From the NCBI GenBank assembly GCA_003279705.1, contig QCGZ01000002.1:3620-67619 (forward strand): DNA of 64,000 nt, read 5' to 3'. This stretch comes from OCS116 cluster bacterium AG-390-I16. GTDB lineage: Bacteria > Pseudomonadota > Alphaproteobacteria > MED-G09. Positions within the stretch are counted from its first letter, which is position 1. Every line of letters starts with the position of its first letter. The notes under the pieces are model-generated. The model was not told the DNA's origin, did no database searches, and worked only from the letters and a program-made list of their open reading frames with translations. Of the stretch, positions 10,409 through 20,898 are shown in pieces. The translations under genes and the position numbers were made by a program.

Positions 10409-10834
10409 ATGTCAAAAAGTATTTGCATAGTTGTTTCAGATTATTATAAAAAAATTTCTAATGGTTTAGAGTTAGGGGCAACAAAATTTTGTGATCAAAA
10501 CTCAATCTTTTATGAAAAATTTTATGTTCCTGGGGCTTTAGAAATTGGACCTGCTATTAAGTTTATTTCTGAAACAAAACATAATTTTGACGGTTTTGTG
10601 GCTTTAGGTTGTGTTATAAGAGGCGAAACAAGTCATTTTGATATAGTGATTAATGAGTCTGCAAGAGCTATTACAAATTTAAGTCTAGACTATTCTCTTA
10701 TAATCGGAAATGGTATTTTGACTGTTGAAAATAAACAGCAGGCAATTGAAAGAAGTAATAATAATCAAAATAATAAAGGTTATCATGCGGCATTAGCCTC
10801 CTCAAAGCTGATAGATTTTAAAGGTAATATTTAA
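10409..10834 (+). CDS. ribH: 6,7-dimethyl-8-ribityllumazine synthase
   Basis: VPGALE and GCVIRGETSHFD motifs. The ATG at 10409 sits directly after the ribB stop; the ORF-track TTG at 10391 is less likely. Confidence 0.9.
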   Translation: MSKSICIVVSDYYKKISNGLELGATKFCDQNSIFYEKFYVPGALEIGPAIKFISETKHNFDGFVALGCVIRGETSHFDIVINESARAITNLSLDYSLIIGNGILTVENKQQAIERSNNNQNNKGYHAALASSKLIDFKGNI

Positions 10835-10835
10835 T

Positions 10836-11291
10836 TTGAAGTCAAATATTTATAATAAAAAATCATCAGCCCGTCTTTTCGCAGTGCAAATCTTATTTGA
10901 AATGGAAATAAATGGAAAAAAAATTAATAATATTCTTGATAGATTAACTGATGATTATTTAATAGAAATCTCAATGCTAAATAAAGCTGAAAAAGCTGAT
11001 AAGAATCACTTAAGTAGAATCTTAAAAGGGGTTACAAAAAACCAAAAAGCAATTGACTCTGATATTAGGGATAATTTAATTGGTTGGTCTTTATCGAGAA
11101 TAGATTCCGTTTCTCGGGCAATATTAAGATCGGCTTTATATGAATTAAAAGAATGTAACGATATTCCAGTTAAAGTCATCATTAATGAATATATAGAAAT
11201 ATCAAAATCATTTTTTGAAGGTGAGGAACCAAATTTTATTAATGGTATTTTAGATAAAATATCCAAAATTTATAGATCAAGTGAATTATAA
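10836..11291 (+). CDS. nusB: transcription antitermination factor NusB
   Basis: 151 aa with SARLFAVQILFEME and INEYIEISK, typical NusB. A TTG start is required to retain the conserved N-terminus. Confidence 0.9.
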   Translation: MKSNIYNKKSSARLFAVQILFEMEINGKKINNILDRLTDDYLIEISMLNKAEKADKNHLSRILKGVTKNQKAIDSDIRDNLIGWSLSRIDSVSRAILRSALYELKECNDIPVKVIINEYIEISKSFFEGEEPNFINGILDKISKIYRSSEL

Positions 11292-11292
11292 A

Positions 11293-12219
11293 ATGATTAC
11301 TGAATTTGATTTCATAAAAAAATATCTCTCCTCCAAAGAAAAAAATTCGAAATATTCTTTAAACTTTAATGATGATGTTGGTTTAGTTGACGGTAAAATC
11401 TACTCCACTGATACTATTTGTGAAGATATTCACTTTTTTTCTAACGATAGGCCAAATCTTATCGCTAAAAAACTTATACGAGTAAACGTATCTGATATAG
11501 TTTCAAAAGGAGTTAAACCAAAATATTGTTTATTCAATTTCTCTATTGGTAAAAATATAGATGAAAATTGGATAAGTAATTTTATGAGAGGTTTAAGATC
11601 TGATATTCAGTTTTTTAAATTAAATTTAATTGGTGGTGATACTACTAAAACATTAGATAAAACAGTTTTATCCCTTACAATTTTTGGAAATTTAATAAAT
11701 GACAAATTTGTCAGAAGATCTTCAGCTAAAAGTAGTGATTATATTTATGTTTCAGGTACAATTGGTGACTCTGCATTGGGTTTATATTGTAAAAAGAAAG
11801 AAAAAGTTAATATTTTAAAAAAACATAAAGAGTTTTTATTAAATAGATACCTAAAACCAACTCCAAGAATTGATTTGTTTAATTATATAAATAAAAATGC
11901 ATCTGCTTCCACAGATGTATCAGATGGTCTTTACAGTGATCTAAGTAACATATGCCGAACTTCAAATTTAGGTGCTGATATAGATTTTAATGCAATTCCA
12001 TTATCTAATTCTGCTAAGGCTATTATCTCTAAATATCCTAAATTAAATAAATTAATATTAAATGGTGGTGATGATTATGAGTTGTTATTTACAGGGAAAG
12101 ACGGGCTAGATAGAAATAAAAATATTACTAAAATTGGTAAAATGAAAAAAGGCTATAATATAAATATAGCTGATTTTAATGACATAACTGACTTAGATGG
12201 CTATAAGCATAAATTCTAG
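11293..12219 (+). CDS. thiL: thiamine-monophosphate kinase
   Basis: AIR-synthase-like fold motifs (DD.G..., GGDTT, DVSDGL, GGDDYELLFT). The ATG at 11293 lies just after the nusB stop. Confidence 0.88.
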   Translation: MITEFDFIKKYLSSKEKNSKYSLNFNDDVGLVDGKIYSTDTICEDIHFFSNDRPNLIAKKLIRVNVSDIVSKGVKPKYCLFNFSIGKNIDENWISNFMRGLRSDIQFFKLNLIGGDTTKTLDKTVLSLTIFGNLINDKFVRRSSAKSSDYIYVSGTIGDSALGLYCKKKEKVNILKKHKEFLLNRYLKPTPRIDLFNYINKNASASTDVSDGLYSDLSNICRTSNLGADIDFNAIPLSNSAKAIISKYPKLNKLILNGGDDYELLFTGKDGLDRNKNITKIGKMKKGYNINIADFNDITDLDGYKHKF

Positions 12220-12239
12220 TAATGTTTAACTTGATATTA

Positions 12240-12261
12240 GAACATTGTTTTGGCAATGTTC
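12240..12261 (+). terminator. perfect 8-bp hairpin (GAACATTG-TTTTGG-CAATGTTC) between thiL and hppA
   Basis: Inverted repeat read directly from the sequence. There is no U-tract, so terminator function is uncertain. Confidence 0.2.
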
Positions 12262-12306
12262 GTCAAAATTATGAACTAGTTATTTAATAATGTGGAGGAA
12301 ATTATT

Positions 12307-14409
12307 ATGGATATTATGTATCTAATTATTGGATCTGGAGTATTGGCTGTTCTATATGGAATAATTACTTCTTTATCTGTTTTATCAGCAGATACAGGTA
12401 ATGAAAAAATGCAAGAAATTGCAAAAGCTATTCAGGAAGGGGCAGGAGCATATTTATCTAGACAATATAGTACTATAGCAATTGTTGGTGTGGTAATTCT
12501 TATAATTTCATATTTTTTATTAGGTCTTGAGGTAGCAGTTGGCTTTTTAATTGGATCAGTTATGTCTGGAATAGCAGGCTATATAGGTATGTTAGTATCT
12601 GTTAGAGCAAATGTTAGAACTACTCAAGCATCCTCAGTAAGTTTAGCTAGTGGCCTCGGTATTGCTTTTAAGTCAGGTGCGGTCACAGGCATGCTTGTAG
12701 CTGGTTTAGCGTTACTAGCAGTATCCGTTTATTATTATATTTTAACAAATATTTGGGTTCCTGAAAATGATAGAGTCGTCATTGATGCTTTAGTTGCTCT
12801 AGGTTTCGGTTCTTCATTGATTTCAATTTTTGCTAGACTGGGTGGAGGAATTTTTACAAAAGGAGCAGATGTTGGTGGAGATCTTGTAGGAAAAGTTGAA
12901 GCTGGTATTCCTGAAGATGATCCTAGAAATCCAGCAACAATTGCTGACAATGTTGGTGATAATGTTGGTGATTGTGCAGGAATGGCTGCAGACTTATTTG
13001 AGACATATGCTGTTACTGTTGTTGCTACAATGGTCTTAGCTTCTATATTTTTTACAGGTAATGTTGTAATGATGATTTACCCTATGGCAATCTGTGCAGC
13101 TTGTGTAATAACTTCTATTTTGGGTACTTATTTCGTTAAATTAGGTAAAAATAATTCAATAATGGGCGCTTTATATAGAGGATTTATTGCTACTGCTATT
13201 TTATCATTAATAGTGTTATATTTTGTAACAGACTTGGTAGTAGGCTTTAATACAACTCTATCTATTGATGATATTTCTTTTAACGGTCTTGATTTATATA
13301 TTTGTGGAGTAATTGGATTAGCTATTACTGGGCTTATTATATGGATAACTGAATATTATACTGGTGTTGACTATCGACCGGTTCAATCAATTGCAAAGTC
13401 TTCAGAAACTGGACACGGTACAAATGTAATTCAAGGTCTTGCTGTTTCAATGGAGTCAACAGCTCTTCCTGCTCTTGTAATAGTTTTTGGAATTATTTTA
13501 ACATATAGTTTAGCTGGTCTATTTGGTATTGCAATTGCTGTTACTACAATGCTTGCCTTAGCAGGTATGGTCGTTGCTCTTGATGCTTTTGGTCCAGTTA
13601 CTGATAATGCAGGTGGAATAGCTGAAATGTCAGAGTTACCTGAAGATGTGAGAAATACAACAGATGCATTAGATGCCGTTGGAAATACAACAAAAGCTGT
13701 AACAAAAGGTTATGCTATTGGATCGGCTGGATTAGGAGCTCTAGTTTTATTTGGTGCATATACTGCAGATATTGATTATTTTACGACCAATGCTGTAGAA
13801 GGAAGTTATTTTTATGGAGTGACAACAGATTTTTCATTATCTAATCCATATGTTGTAGTTGGTTTATTGGTTGGCGGTATGCTTCCTTATTTATTTGCAG
13901 CAATGGGTATGACTGCCGTTGGAAGGGCTGGTTCAGCCATTGTTGAGGAAGTAAGGCTTCAGTTTAAAGAAAAACCTGGAATTATGACTGGAAAAGATAA
14001 ACCTGATTATTCAAGGGCTGTTGACCTTTTAACAAAATCAGCAATTAAAGAAATGATTGTGCCTTCTTTACTTCCTTTACTTTCGCCAGTTATTTTATTT
14101 TATTTTATTAATTTTATAGCTACAAAAGGGGATGCTTTTTCTGCACTTGGAGCAATGCTTCTTGGGGTAATTGTAACTGGGTTATTCGTTGCGCTATCTA
14201 TGACAGCTGGAGGCGGTGCATGGGATAATGCAAAAAAATATATAGAAGATGGTAATCATGGAGGTAAAGGATCAGAAGCACATAAAGCTGCTGTTACAGG
14301 TGATACTGTTGGTGATCCATATAAAGATACGGCAGGGCCTGCAATTAATCCAATGATTAAAATTACTAATATTGTTGCATTACTGTTGCTAGCGATTTTA
14401 GCGCATTAA
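12307..14409 (+). CDS. hppA: membrane-bound proton/sodium-translocating pyrophosphatase
   Basis: About 700 aa and polytopic, with [41 protein letters not shown] and [10 protein letters not shown] signature motifs. GGAGGA lies 8 nt before the ATG at 12307. Confidence 0.96.
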   Translation: MDIMYLIIGSGVLAVLYGIITSLSVLSADTGNEKMQEIAKAIQEGAGAYLSRQYSTIAIVGVVILIISYFLLGLEVAVGFLIGSVMSGIAGYIGMLVSVRANVRTTQASSVSLASGLGIAFKSGAVTGMLVAGLALLAVSVYYYILTNIWVPENDRVVIDALVALGFGSSLISIFARLGGGIFTKGADVGGDLVGKVEAGIPEDDPRNPATIADNVGDNVGDCAGMAADLFETYAVTVVATMVLASIFFTGNVVMMIYPMAICAACVITSILGTYFVKLGKNNSIMGALYRGFIATAILSLIVLYFVTDLVVGFNTTLSIDDISFNGLDLYICGVIGLAITGLIIWITEYYTGVDYRPVQSIAKSSETGHGTNVIQGLAVSMESTALPALVIVFGIILTYSLAGLFGIAIAVTTMLALAGMVVALDAFGPVTDNAGGIAEMSELPEDVRNTTDALDAVGNTTKAVTKGYAIGSAGLGALVLFGAYTADIDYFTTNAVEGSYFYGVTTDFSLSNPYVVVGLLVGGMLPYLFAAMGMTAVGRAGSAIVEEVRLQFKEKPGIMTGKDKPDYSRAVDLLTKSAIKEMIVPSLLPLLSPVILFYFINFIATKGDAFSALGAMLLGVIVTGLFVALSMTAGGGAWDNAKKYIEDGNHGGKGSEAHKAAVTGDTVGDPYKDTAGPAINPMIKITNIVALLLLAILAH

Positions 14410-14439
14410 TTTTTAGTAATATAAGATTTTCAAATCATA

Positions 14440-14476
14440 GAGATTCCTGTTATTTTTAATTAATAGTAGGAATCTC
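14440..14476 (+). promoter_or_regulatory. extended hairpin whose 3' arm covers the dgt Shine-Dalgarno region
   Basis: GAGATTCCT (14440-14448) pairs perfectly with AGGAATCTC (14468-14476). The stem extends by 2 wobble and 4 A-U pairs around a 7-nt loop. The dgt ATG is at 14479. Confidence 0.3.
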
Positions 14477-14478
14477 AA

Positions 14479-15642
14479 ATGATAAAAAAAGCTATTTTTT
14501 CTACATCCTTTGAAAATTCAAAAGGTAGATTGCATAATGAGAATGAGAGTCAGAATAGAAATCCTTTTCAAAGAGATAGGGATAGGGTTATACATTCCGA
14601 CTCATTTAGATTGTTAAAACATAAAACTCAGGTTTTTTTAGCTCACACAGAAGATTACTATAGAACACGTTTAACTCACTCACTTGAAGTAAGTCAAATT
14701 TCAAGAGCTGTTTCTAGAAGACTTGGTTTAGATGAAGATTTAGCAGAAGTATTGGCCTTATCTCATGATTTAGGCCACCCACCTTTTGCTCATTCTGGTG
14801 AAGAAATTCTAAATAGTTGTATGAAAGATTATGATGGCTTTGATCACAATGCTCAAACTTTAAGAATATTAACCTCTTTAGAAGAGAGATATCCTCTATT
14901 TGAAGGTTTAAATTTAACTTGGGAGACTCTAGAAGGTGTTGTAAAGCATAATGGCCCATTGTTAAACCCTCATATAGTTATAAAAGAATATAATAATATT
15001 CATGATTTAGAGTTAGATACATTCCCAGGGCTTGAGGCTCAAATTGCATCTTTATCAGATGATATAGCTTACAATAATCATGATATTGATGATGGATTTA
15101 GGGCGGGTTTAATTACTCTTAGTGACTTAAAAAAAATTGATTTATTTTCAGAAATTATTAAAGAAATAAATATAGAATTCAAAAATATTGATGATTATAT
15201 GATCGTTAAAGAATTAATCAGAAGATTAATAGGTTTGATGGTAAATGATTTAATAAGTAATACTAAAAAAAATATTGATAAAATTAAGCCCAATGATCCA
15301 GAACAAATTAGATCTCAGAAAAGTTTAGTTGCAGGTTTTTCAGATTTTTTTATTTCACAGGATAATCAAATAAGAAAATTTTTAAGATCAAGGGTTTATG
15401 AGCATAGTTCAATTGAAAACGAGAGAGTAAGATCTATGAGAACAATTGAAGATATTTTTTCTAAATTAATAAAAGATATTGATCTTCTTCCAATTAAATT
15501 AAGAGAAAAATGTGATACTCCATATTCTAAGATTTCTGCAAGAGTTATTTGTGACTATATAGCATCTATGACTGATAGATCTGTTGTTGAAAATCATGCT
15601 AGATTATATGACGAAAATTTATTAGATCTTCCTGGGTACTAA
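14479..15642 (+). CDS. dgt: dGTP triphosphohydrolase-like HD-domain protein
   Basis: FQRDRDRVIHS, RTRLTHSLEV and LSHDLGHPPFAH motifs, 387 aa. Confidence 0.92.
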   Translation: MIKKAIFSTSFENSKGRLHNENESQNRNPFQRDRDRVIHSDSFRLLKHKTQVFLAHTEDYYRTRLTHSLEVSQISRAVSRRLGLDEDLAEVLALSHDLGHPPFAHSGEEILNSCMKDYDGFDHNAQTLRILTSLEERYPLFEGLNLTWETLEGVVKHNGPLLNPHIVIKEYNNIHDLELDTFPGLEAQIASLSDDIAYNNHDIDDGFRAGLITLSDLKKIDLFSEIIKEINIEFKNIDDYMIVKELIRRLIGLMVNDLISNTKKNIDKIKPNDPEQIRSQKSLVAGFSDFFISQDNQIRKFLRSRVYEHSSIENERVRSMRTIEDIFSKLIKDIDLLPIKLREKCDTPYSKISARVICDYIASMTDRSVVENHARLYDENLLDLPGY

Positions 15643-15643
15643 A

Positions 15644-17383
15644 ATGAATATAATAAATCACTACAGAAATAAAATTGAAAATATCCTACTCAAAGAGTTT
15701 GCTCTAGAAAAAAGTGATTTAAAAAATATATCTTTTGAATTTCCAAAAGATGCTTCTCTGGGAGACTTATCTACTAACGCATCAATGGTTTTATCCGGAA
15801 AGTTAAAAAAACCTTCTCAAGAAATTGCATCTAAAATTATAAATTTAATAGAAAACAATCCTGATTTTGAAAATGTTGAGATTGCAGGAAAAGGTTTTAT
15901 AAATATAAATCTTAAAAAAGATATTTGGTGGAATTTACTTCCAATAATTTTAAAAGAAAAAAATAATTTTGGCGATGCAGATTATGGTAAAAATGAAAAA
16001 ATAAATCTTGAATATGTATCTGCAAATCCAACTGGACCTCTTCATGTTGGACATACTAGAGGTGCAGTTTTTGGAGATACATTATCAAATATATTAAAAA
16101 AAGTTGGTTATAATGTATGTAAGGAATATTACGTAAATGATGCCGGTGAACAAATAGATAAATTAGCTCAATCTGTTTTTATGAGATATAGAGAAGCTTG
16201 TGGCGAAAATATCGATGAAATTCCAGAGGGTTTATACCCTGGTGCTTATTTAAAATCAGTTGGAGAAGATCTAAGAATACAGTTTAAGGATTCATTAGTT
16301 GAAGTTGAAAAGGAAGATTGGCTTCCAATTGTTAAAGAATTTTCAATTAAATCTATGCTTAGTGTTATCAGAGATGATCTAAATTCACTCGGAATAAATC
16401 ATGATGTTTTTACATCTGAAAATAAACTTCTTAATGATGGTTATGTGCAAGAAGTTTTTAATGATATGTATAAGTCAGACCTTCTGTATGAAGGTGAAAC
16501 CCCACCACCAAAAGGTGTTAAAAAGTCTGAGTGGACGAAGAAGAAACATATACTCTTTAAATCGAAAAGCTTTGGTGATGATGAGGATAGGGTTGTTAAA
16601 AAACATGATGGTTCATGGACTTATTTTATGCCTGATATAGCTTATCATAAAGAAAAGTTTAATAGAGGTTTTAATAAAATGATTAATATATGGGGTGCGG
16701 ATCACTCTGGTTATATTTCTAGGGTAACCTCTGCAGTTGATGCAGTGACAAAATCAAAGTCCACTTTAGAGGTAAAGGTGTGCCAGCTCGTTAGATTAAT
16801 AAGAGGTGGAAATGTTTTAAAAATGTCAAAAAGATCAGGAAGTTTTATAACATTGAGAGATTTAGTTGAGGAAGTGGGCTCTGATGCTGTTAGATTTATG
16901 ATGCTGACAAGAAAAAATGATGCGCCCTTAGATTTCGACTATGATCTTGTTAAGGAACAAACTAAAGATAATCCTATTTTCTATGTTCAATATGCTCACG
17001 CAAGAATAAGCTCTATTATTCGAAAAGTTGGGGATGAAAACCTTTTTTCAGTTGACGAAAACTTTGTTAATAATACAAACCTTAGGCTTTTATCAAATTC
17101 TCATGATATTGAGCTTATAAAAATAATTTCAAATTTTCCAAGAATAATTGAACAGGCAGCAATATATAGAGAACCTCATAGAGTTGCTTTTTATCTTAGA
17201 GATATAGCTTCATCCTTTCATTCTTATTGGAATTTAGGAAATGAGGATAATAATTTGAAAGTTTTAAATATTGATAATTTAGACGAAACTAGAGCAAGAC
17301 TAGCTTTGATTATGTCTGTAAAAATTACAATATCTGAAGGATTAAGGTTATTAGGCATAAATGCACTAGAGGAACTAAGATAG
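15644..17383 (+). CDS. argS: arginine--tRNA ligase
   Basis: 579 aa with SANPTGPLHVGH (HIGH) and the class-I MSKRSG (KMSKS-like) motif. Confidence 0.96.
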   Translation: MNIINHYRNKIENILLKEFALEKSDLKNISFEFPKDASLGDLSTNASMVLSGKLKKPSQEIASKIINLIENNPDFENVEIAGKGFININLKKDIWWNLLPIILKEKNNFGDADYGKNEKINLEYVSANPTGPLHVGHTRGAVFGDTLSNILKKVGYNVCKEYYVNDAGEQIDKLAQSVFMRYREACGENIDEIPEGLYPGAYLKSVGEDLRIQFKDSLVEVEKEDWLPIVKEFSIKSMLSVIRDDLNSLGINHDVFTSENKLLNDGYVQEVFNDMYKSDLLYEGETPPPKGVKKSEWTKKKHILFKSKSFGDDEDRVVKKHDGSWTYFMPDIAYHKEKFNRGFNKMINIWGADHSGYISRVTSAVDAVTKSKSTLEVKVCQLVRLIRGGNVLKMSKRSGSFITLRDLVEEVGSDAVRFMMLTRKNDAPLDFDYDLVKEQTKDNPIFYVQYAHARISSIIRKVGDENLFSVDENFVNNTNLRLLSNSHDIELIKIISNFPRIIEQAAIYREPHRVAFYLRDIASSFHSYWNLGNEDNNLKVLNIDNLDETRARLALIMSVKITISEGLRLLGINALEELR

Positions 17384-17384
17384 A

Positions 17385-18029
17385 ATGAAGAAGAATATTT
17401 TTATATTCTTTACCACCTTATCTATAATAGTAATTGTTGGCCTTTTTATATATTTTAACTCAGATAGCGAAATACCAATAGTTTATCCACCAAATGGACA
17501 AATTAGGGAACTTCCAGAAAATACACCTGAAATTAAAAGACCTTCAAATATTCCATGTGTATATTCGCTTTGGAATAACTCAAACGAACCTTGCGGAACT
17601 CTTGAGAATATTTTTGAGGAGAGAAAATTAAAAATTAACTACTTTTCATTACTTTTTGGAACTTTTTCAAATATTAAAGATGCTGAAATTCATTTAAAAA
17701 AACTCAAAATGCAAGATTTTTTGAAAGATAGGATTATTAAGATAGAGAAAATTCTCCCAACAAATATAGTAATAAATATAAAAAAGGGAGATACTATTTC
17801 AACAATTGCAAGAAATTATTCAACAACCTCAAAAAAAATAATTGAATTAAATAATCTCACAAATCCCGATAGAATTAAAGTTGGGCAAAGATTGTTCCTT
17901 CCTGGTGAAGATCTTAAATATCGAATCATATCAACTAATATTGAAAATATTGATATTGCTCAAGATTATTGCAATAGCCTTTTAAATTTAAATTTTAGGT
18001 GTCAAATTCTTTCACAAAAAAACCAATAA
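17385..18029 (+). CDS. membrane-anchored peptidoglycan-binding protein, LysM domain embedded in a SPOR-like domain
   Basis: N-terminal TM helix. LysM is IKKGDTISTIARNYSTTSKKIIELNNLTNPDRIKVGQRLFLPG. Flanking segments YFSLLFGTFSNIKDAE... and YRIISTNIENIDIAQDYCNSL...RCQIL resemble the two halves of a SPOR domain. Confidence 0.6.
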   Translation: MKKNIFIFFTTLSIIVIVGLFIYFNSDSEIPIVYPPNGQIRELPENTPEIKRPSNIPCVYSLWNNSNEPCGTLENIFEERKLKINYFSLLFGTFSNIKDAEIHLKKLKMQDFLKDRIIKIEKILPTNIVINIKKGDTISTIARNYSTTSKKIIELNNLTNPDRIKVGQRLFLPGEDLKYRIISTNIENIDIAQDYCNSLLNLNFRCQILSQKNQ

Positions 18030-18190
18030 ATTGACTTTATAAATTATATATAAATTATTGATTAATATAGATAATATTATAAATATAAAATTATTTTAAC
18101 TCTTTAATTATCTTAAATCTAGTTATTACAACAATTTGTCAGTACTTAATGTAGTGTATATTTGTTAAAATAACAGCTATATATTGTTAT

Positions 18191-18991
18191 ATGGAGAATA
18201 GTTTGAATGATAATTATAATGAACAATTAGATTTGTTTCATGTTAATCTGGATGGCTTCGAAGGTCCTCTAGATTTGTTGTTATCTTTAGCAAAAGAACA
18301 AAAAGTTGATCTTTTAGAAATTTCAATACTAGAACTAGCTTCTCAATATTTAAACTTTATTGATCAAATGAAAAAAATTGATATTGATTTGGCTGCTGAT
18401 TATATTGTCATGGCATCGTGGTTAGCTTTTTTGAAGTCAAAATTGCTTTTACCTGATCAGGATGATGAAGATGTTTCCGCAAAAGAATTATCTGCTATCT
18501 TAGCTTTTAGACTTAGAAGGCTTGAGGTAATGAGAGAAGTTGGTTCAAAGCTTATAACTAGGGATAGGGAAGGTATTCATGTCTTTAGAAGGGGCATGCC
18601 CGAAAATATATTTTTAATTAAAAATTTTAATCATAAAGATACACTTTTTGACTTAATTTCTTCTTATTCTGGATTAAGAAATAGAAATTATGATAATAGT
18701 TGGAAACCAAGAGTTTTTTCAATATTTTCTATTGAGGATGCAAGAAATCGATTGGAAAAAATGCTAGGGACTATAGTAGATTGGACAAAAATTGAAGATT
18801 TTCTTCCTGTAAATAATGATGTATCAGAGGAAGGAGTTTTATTTAGAAAAAGTTCCTTAGCTTCAATTTTTTCTGCATCTTTAGAGTTATCAAAAGAAGG
18901 CATGATTGAAATAAACCAAAATAAAAATTTTGGATCAATTAAATTTAAAATTAAAGAGAATAGATCTAATATTAATGAGATGTTGGCATGA
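18191..18991 (+). CDS. scpA: segregation and condensation protein A
   Basis: 266 aa with FEGPLDLLLSLAKEQKVDLLEISI, typical ScpA. Translationally coupled to scpB. Confidence 0.9.
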   Translation: MENSLNDNYNEQLDLFHVNLDGFEGPLDLLLSLAKEQKVDLLEISILELASQYLNFIDQMKKIDIDLAADYIVMASWLAFLKSKLLLPDQDDEDVSAKELSAILAFRLRRLEVMREVGSKLITRDREGIHVFRRGMPENIFLIKNFNHKDTLFDLISSYSGLRNRNYDNSWKPRVFSIFSIEDARNRLEKMLGTIVDWTKIEDFLPVNNDVSEEGVLFRKSSLASIFSASLELSKEGMIEINQNKNFGSIKFKIKENRSNINEMLA

Positions 18992-19602
18992 TTGAAGATA
19001 ACGAAAATAATCCTTTAATAGAATTTTCTGACCAAATTAGAGCTGTTGAGGCTCTCTTATTTGCTGCATCTGACCCACTTGATGAAAAAACACTTAAAGA
19101 TATGCTTCCAGTTGATACCGATATTGAGGAGATAATGAATAATCTTCTCAATCTATATAAAGGCAGAGGGGTTGAATTAAAGAAGGTAAATAATAAATGG
19201 ATGTTTAAAACTGCATCTGACTTATCCTTTATAATGCAGAAAGAAGCAAAAATTCAAAAAAAATTATCAAAAGCTGCATTAGAAACATTATCAATAATTG
19301 CTTATCATCAACCCGTTTCAAGGGCTGAGATTGAGGAAATAAGAGGGGTAACTGCATCTCCAGGGACTATAGATACACTAATGGAGATAAATTGGGTTAA
19401 AATTAAGGGAAGAAGAAAAACCCCTGGAAATCCTATAACATACGGTACAACTGATGAATTTTTAGTACACTTTGACTTGGAAAATACAAAAGAACTTCCA
19501 GGTCTCGATGAATTAAAGTCTACTGGGCTATTAGATAGTAATTTACCGCCAGACATGTATCCAATAGATGATGACTTAGAGCATATCGAAGAAAATAATT
19601 AA
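18988..19602 (+). CDS. scpB: segregation and condensation protein B
   Basis: 204 aa with EALLFAASDPL and LETLSIIAYHQPVSRAEIEEIRGV motifs. Confidence 0.9.
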   Translation: MIEDNENNPLIEFSDQIRAVEALLFAASDPLDEKTLKDMLPVDTDIEEIMNNLLNLYKGRGVELKKVNNKWMFKTASDLSFIMQKEAKIQKKLSKAALETLSIIAYHQPVSRAEIEEIRGVTASPGTIDTLMEINWVKIKGRRKTPGNPITYGTTDEFLVHFDLENTKELPGLDELKSTGLLDSNLPPDMYPIDDDLEHIEENN

Positions 19603-19660
19603 TTTTTCATTATTGAGATAAGTGTATAATATTAATATATTTTTTATAAGGAATTAAAAA

Positions 19661-19843
19661 ATGTCACCAAGTTTAATGCAAATTTTAATAGTAGTTGTTC
19701 TTGTATTAATTTTTTTTGGAAGAGGAAGAATATCTAATTTTATGGGTGATCTAGCCTCAGGTATTAAAAGTTTTCGTAAGGGCTTAGAAGATGAACCAAA
19801 CGAAAATGAAATTGAAAATAATGATACGAAAGATAAAGATTAA
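19661..19843 (+). CDS. tatA: twin-arginine translocase subunit TatA
   Basis: 60 aa: a TM helix followed by the FG..R hinge and an amphipathic helix. Confidence 0.9.
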   Translation: MSPSLMQILIVVVLVLIFFGRGRISNFMGDLASGIKSFRKGLEDEPNENEIENNDTKDKD

Positions 19844-19854
19844 ATTATAAGACT

Positions 19855-20094
19855 ATGTTTGATTTTGGTTATAGTGAATTATTAATTGTTGCTGTGGTTT
19901 TACTTGTAACTGTAGGCCCTAAAGAATTGCCTAGCTTACTCAAAGTAATCTTTGATTTTGTTTCAAAAATAAAGATATACGCTGCTGAATTAAGAACGGG
20001 CGTTCAAAGTATAGCAAATGATCTAGAAATAGAAAAAATTTCAAAAAATAAAAATAAATCTATTAATAAAAATAAAACAACTGAAGATGATTAA
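19855..20094 (+). CDS. tatB: twin-arginine translocase subunit TatB
   Basis: MFDFGYSELLIVAVVLLVTVGPKELP N-terminus, located between tatA and tatC. Confidence 0.85.
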   Translation: MFDFGYSELLIVAVVLLVTVGPKELPSLLKVIFDFVSKIKIYAAELRTGVQSIANDLEIEKISKNKNKSINKNKTTEDD

Positions 20095-20102
20095 TTCTAT
20101 TT

Positions 20103-20897
20103 ATGTCGAAATCAGATAAAATACATCAAAATCAAAATGATTTTTCAAAAGCCCCCTTGATTGATCATTTAATTGAACTTCGATCTAGGTTGATAAGATC
20201 AATAATTATTTTTTTTATTGGATTTCTAATATCCTTTTATTTTTCAACAAGCATATATTCTTTCTTAGTAAATCCTTTTTTTGATACAGCAGGATCTAGC
20301 GGTGAAATGATTTATACAGCTCCACAAGAATTTTTAATGACTAAACTTAAGATAGGAATTTTTGGGGCATCTTTAATTGGACTTCCATATTTTGCTATTG
20401 AACTATATCTTTTTTTAGCGCCAGGATTATATGAAAATGAAAAAATGGCTCTAATACCTTACTTTATTGCTACACCTTTTTTATTTTTAATTAGTACATT
20501 AATGGTTCATTATTTAATAATGCCCTTGGCATTAAACTTTTTTATCTCTATGCAGATCGAATCTAGTCTTGATAATTTATCAATAAAACTTCTTCCAAAG
20601 GTTAGCGAGTACCTTAAATTGGTAACATCGTTAATTATTGCATTCGGTATATGTTTTCAGCTTCCGGTAGTTTTAACATTATTGGCAAAAATAGGTATTG
20701 TTGGATCAGAAAATTTAAAAAAGGGAAGAAAATATGCAATTGTATTAACTTTTTTAGTTGCAGCCTTTCTCACTCCACCTGATTTAATAAGTCAAATTGG
20801 TTTAGCAATTCCTACACTTTTACTGTATGAGTTATCTATTCTTTTGGTGTCTTTAATTGAAAGAAAAAATAAAGAAGGAAATACATTAAAGAATTAA
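20103..20897 (+). CDS. tatC: twin-arginine translocase subunit TatC
   Basis: 264 aa with six TM segments, HL.ELR.RL N-terminus and the TPPD motif. Confidence 0.93.
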   Translation: MSKSDKIHQNQNDFSKAPLIDHLIELRSRLIRSIIIFFIGFLISFYFSTSIYSFLVNPFFDTAGSSGEMIYTAPQEFLMTKLKIGIFGASLIGLPYFAIELYLFLAPGLYENEKMALIPYFIATPFLFLISTLMVHYLIMPLALNFFISMQIESSLDNLSIKLLPKVSEYLKLVTSLIIAFGICFQLPVVLTLLAKIGIVGSENLKKGRKYAIVLTFLVAAFLTPPDLISQIGLAIPTLLLYELSILLVSLIERKNKEGNTLKN

Positions 20898-20898
20898 A

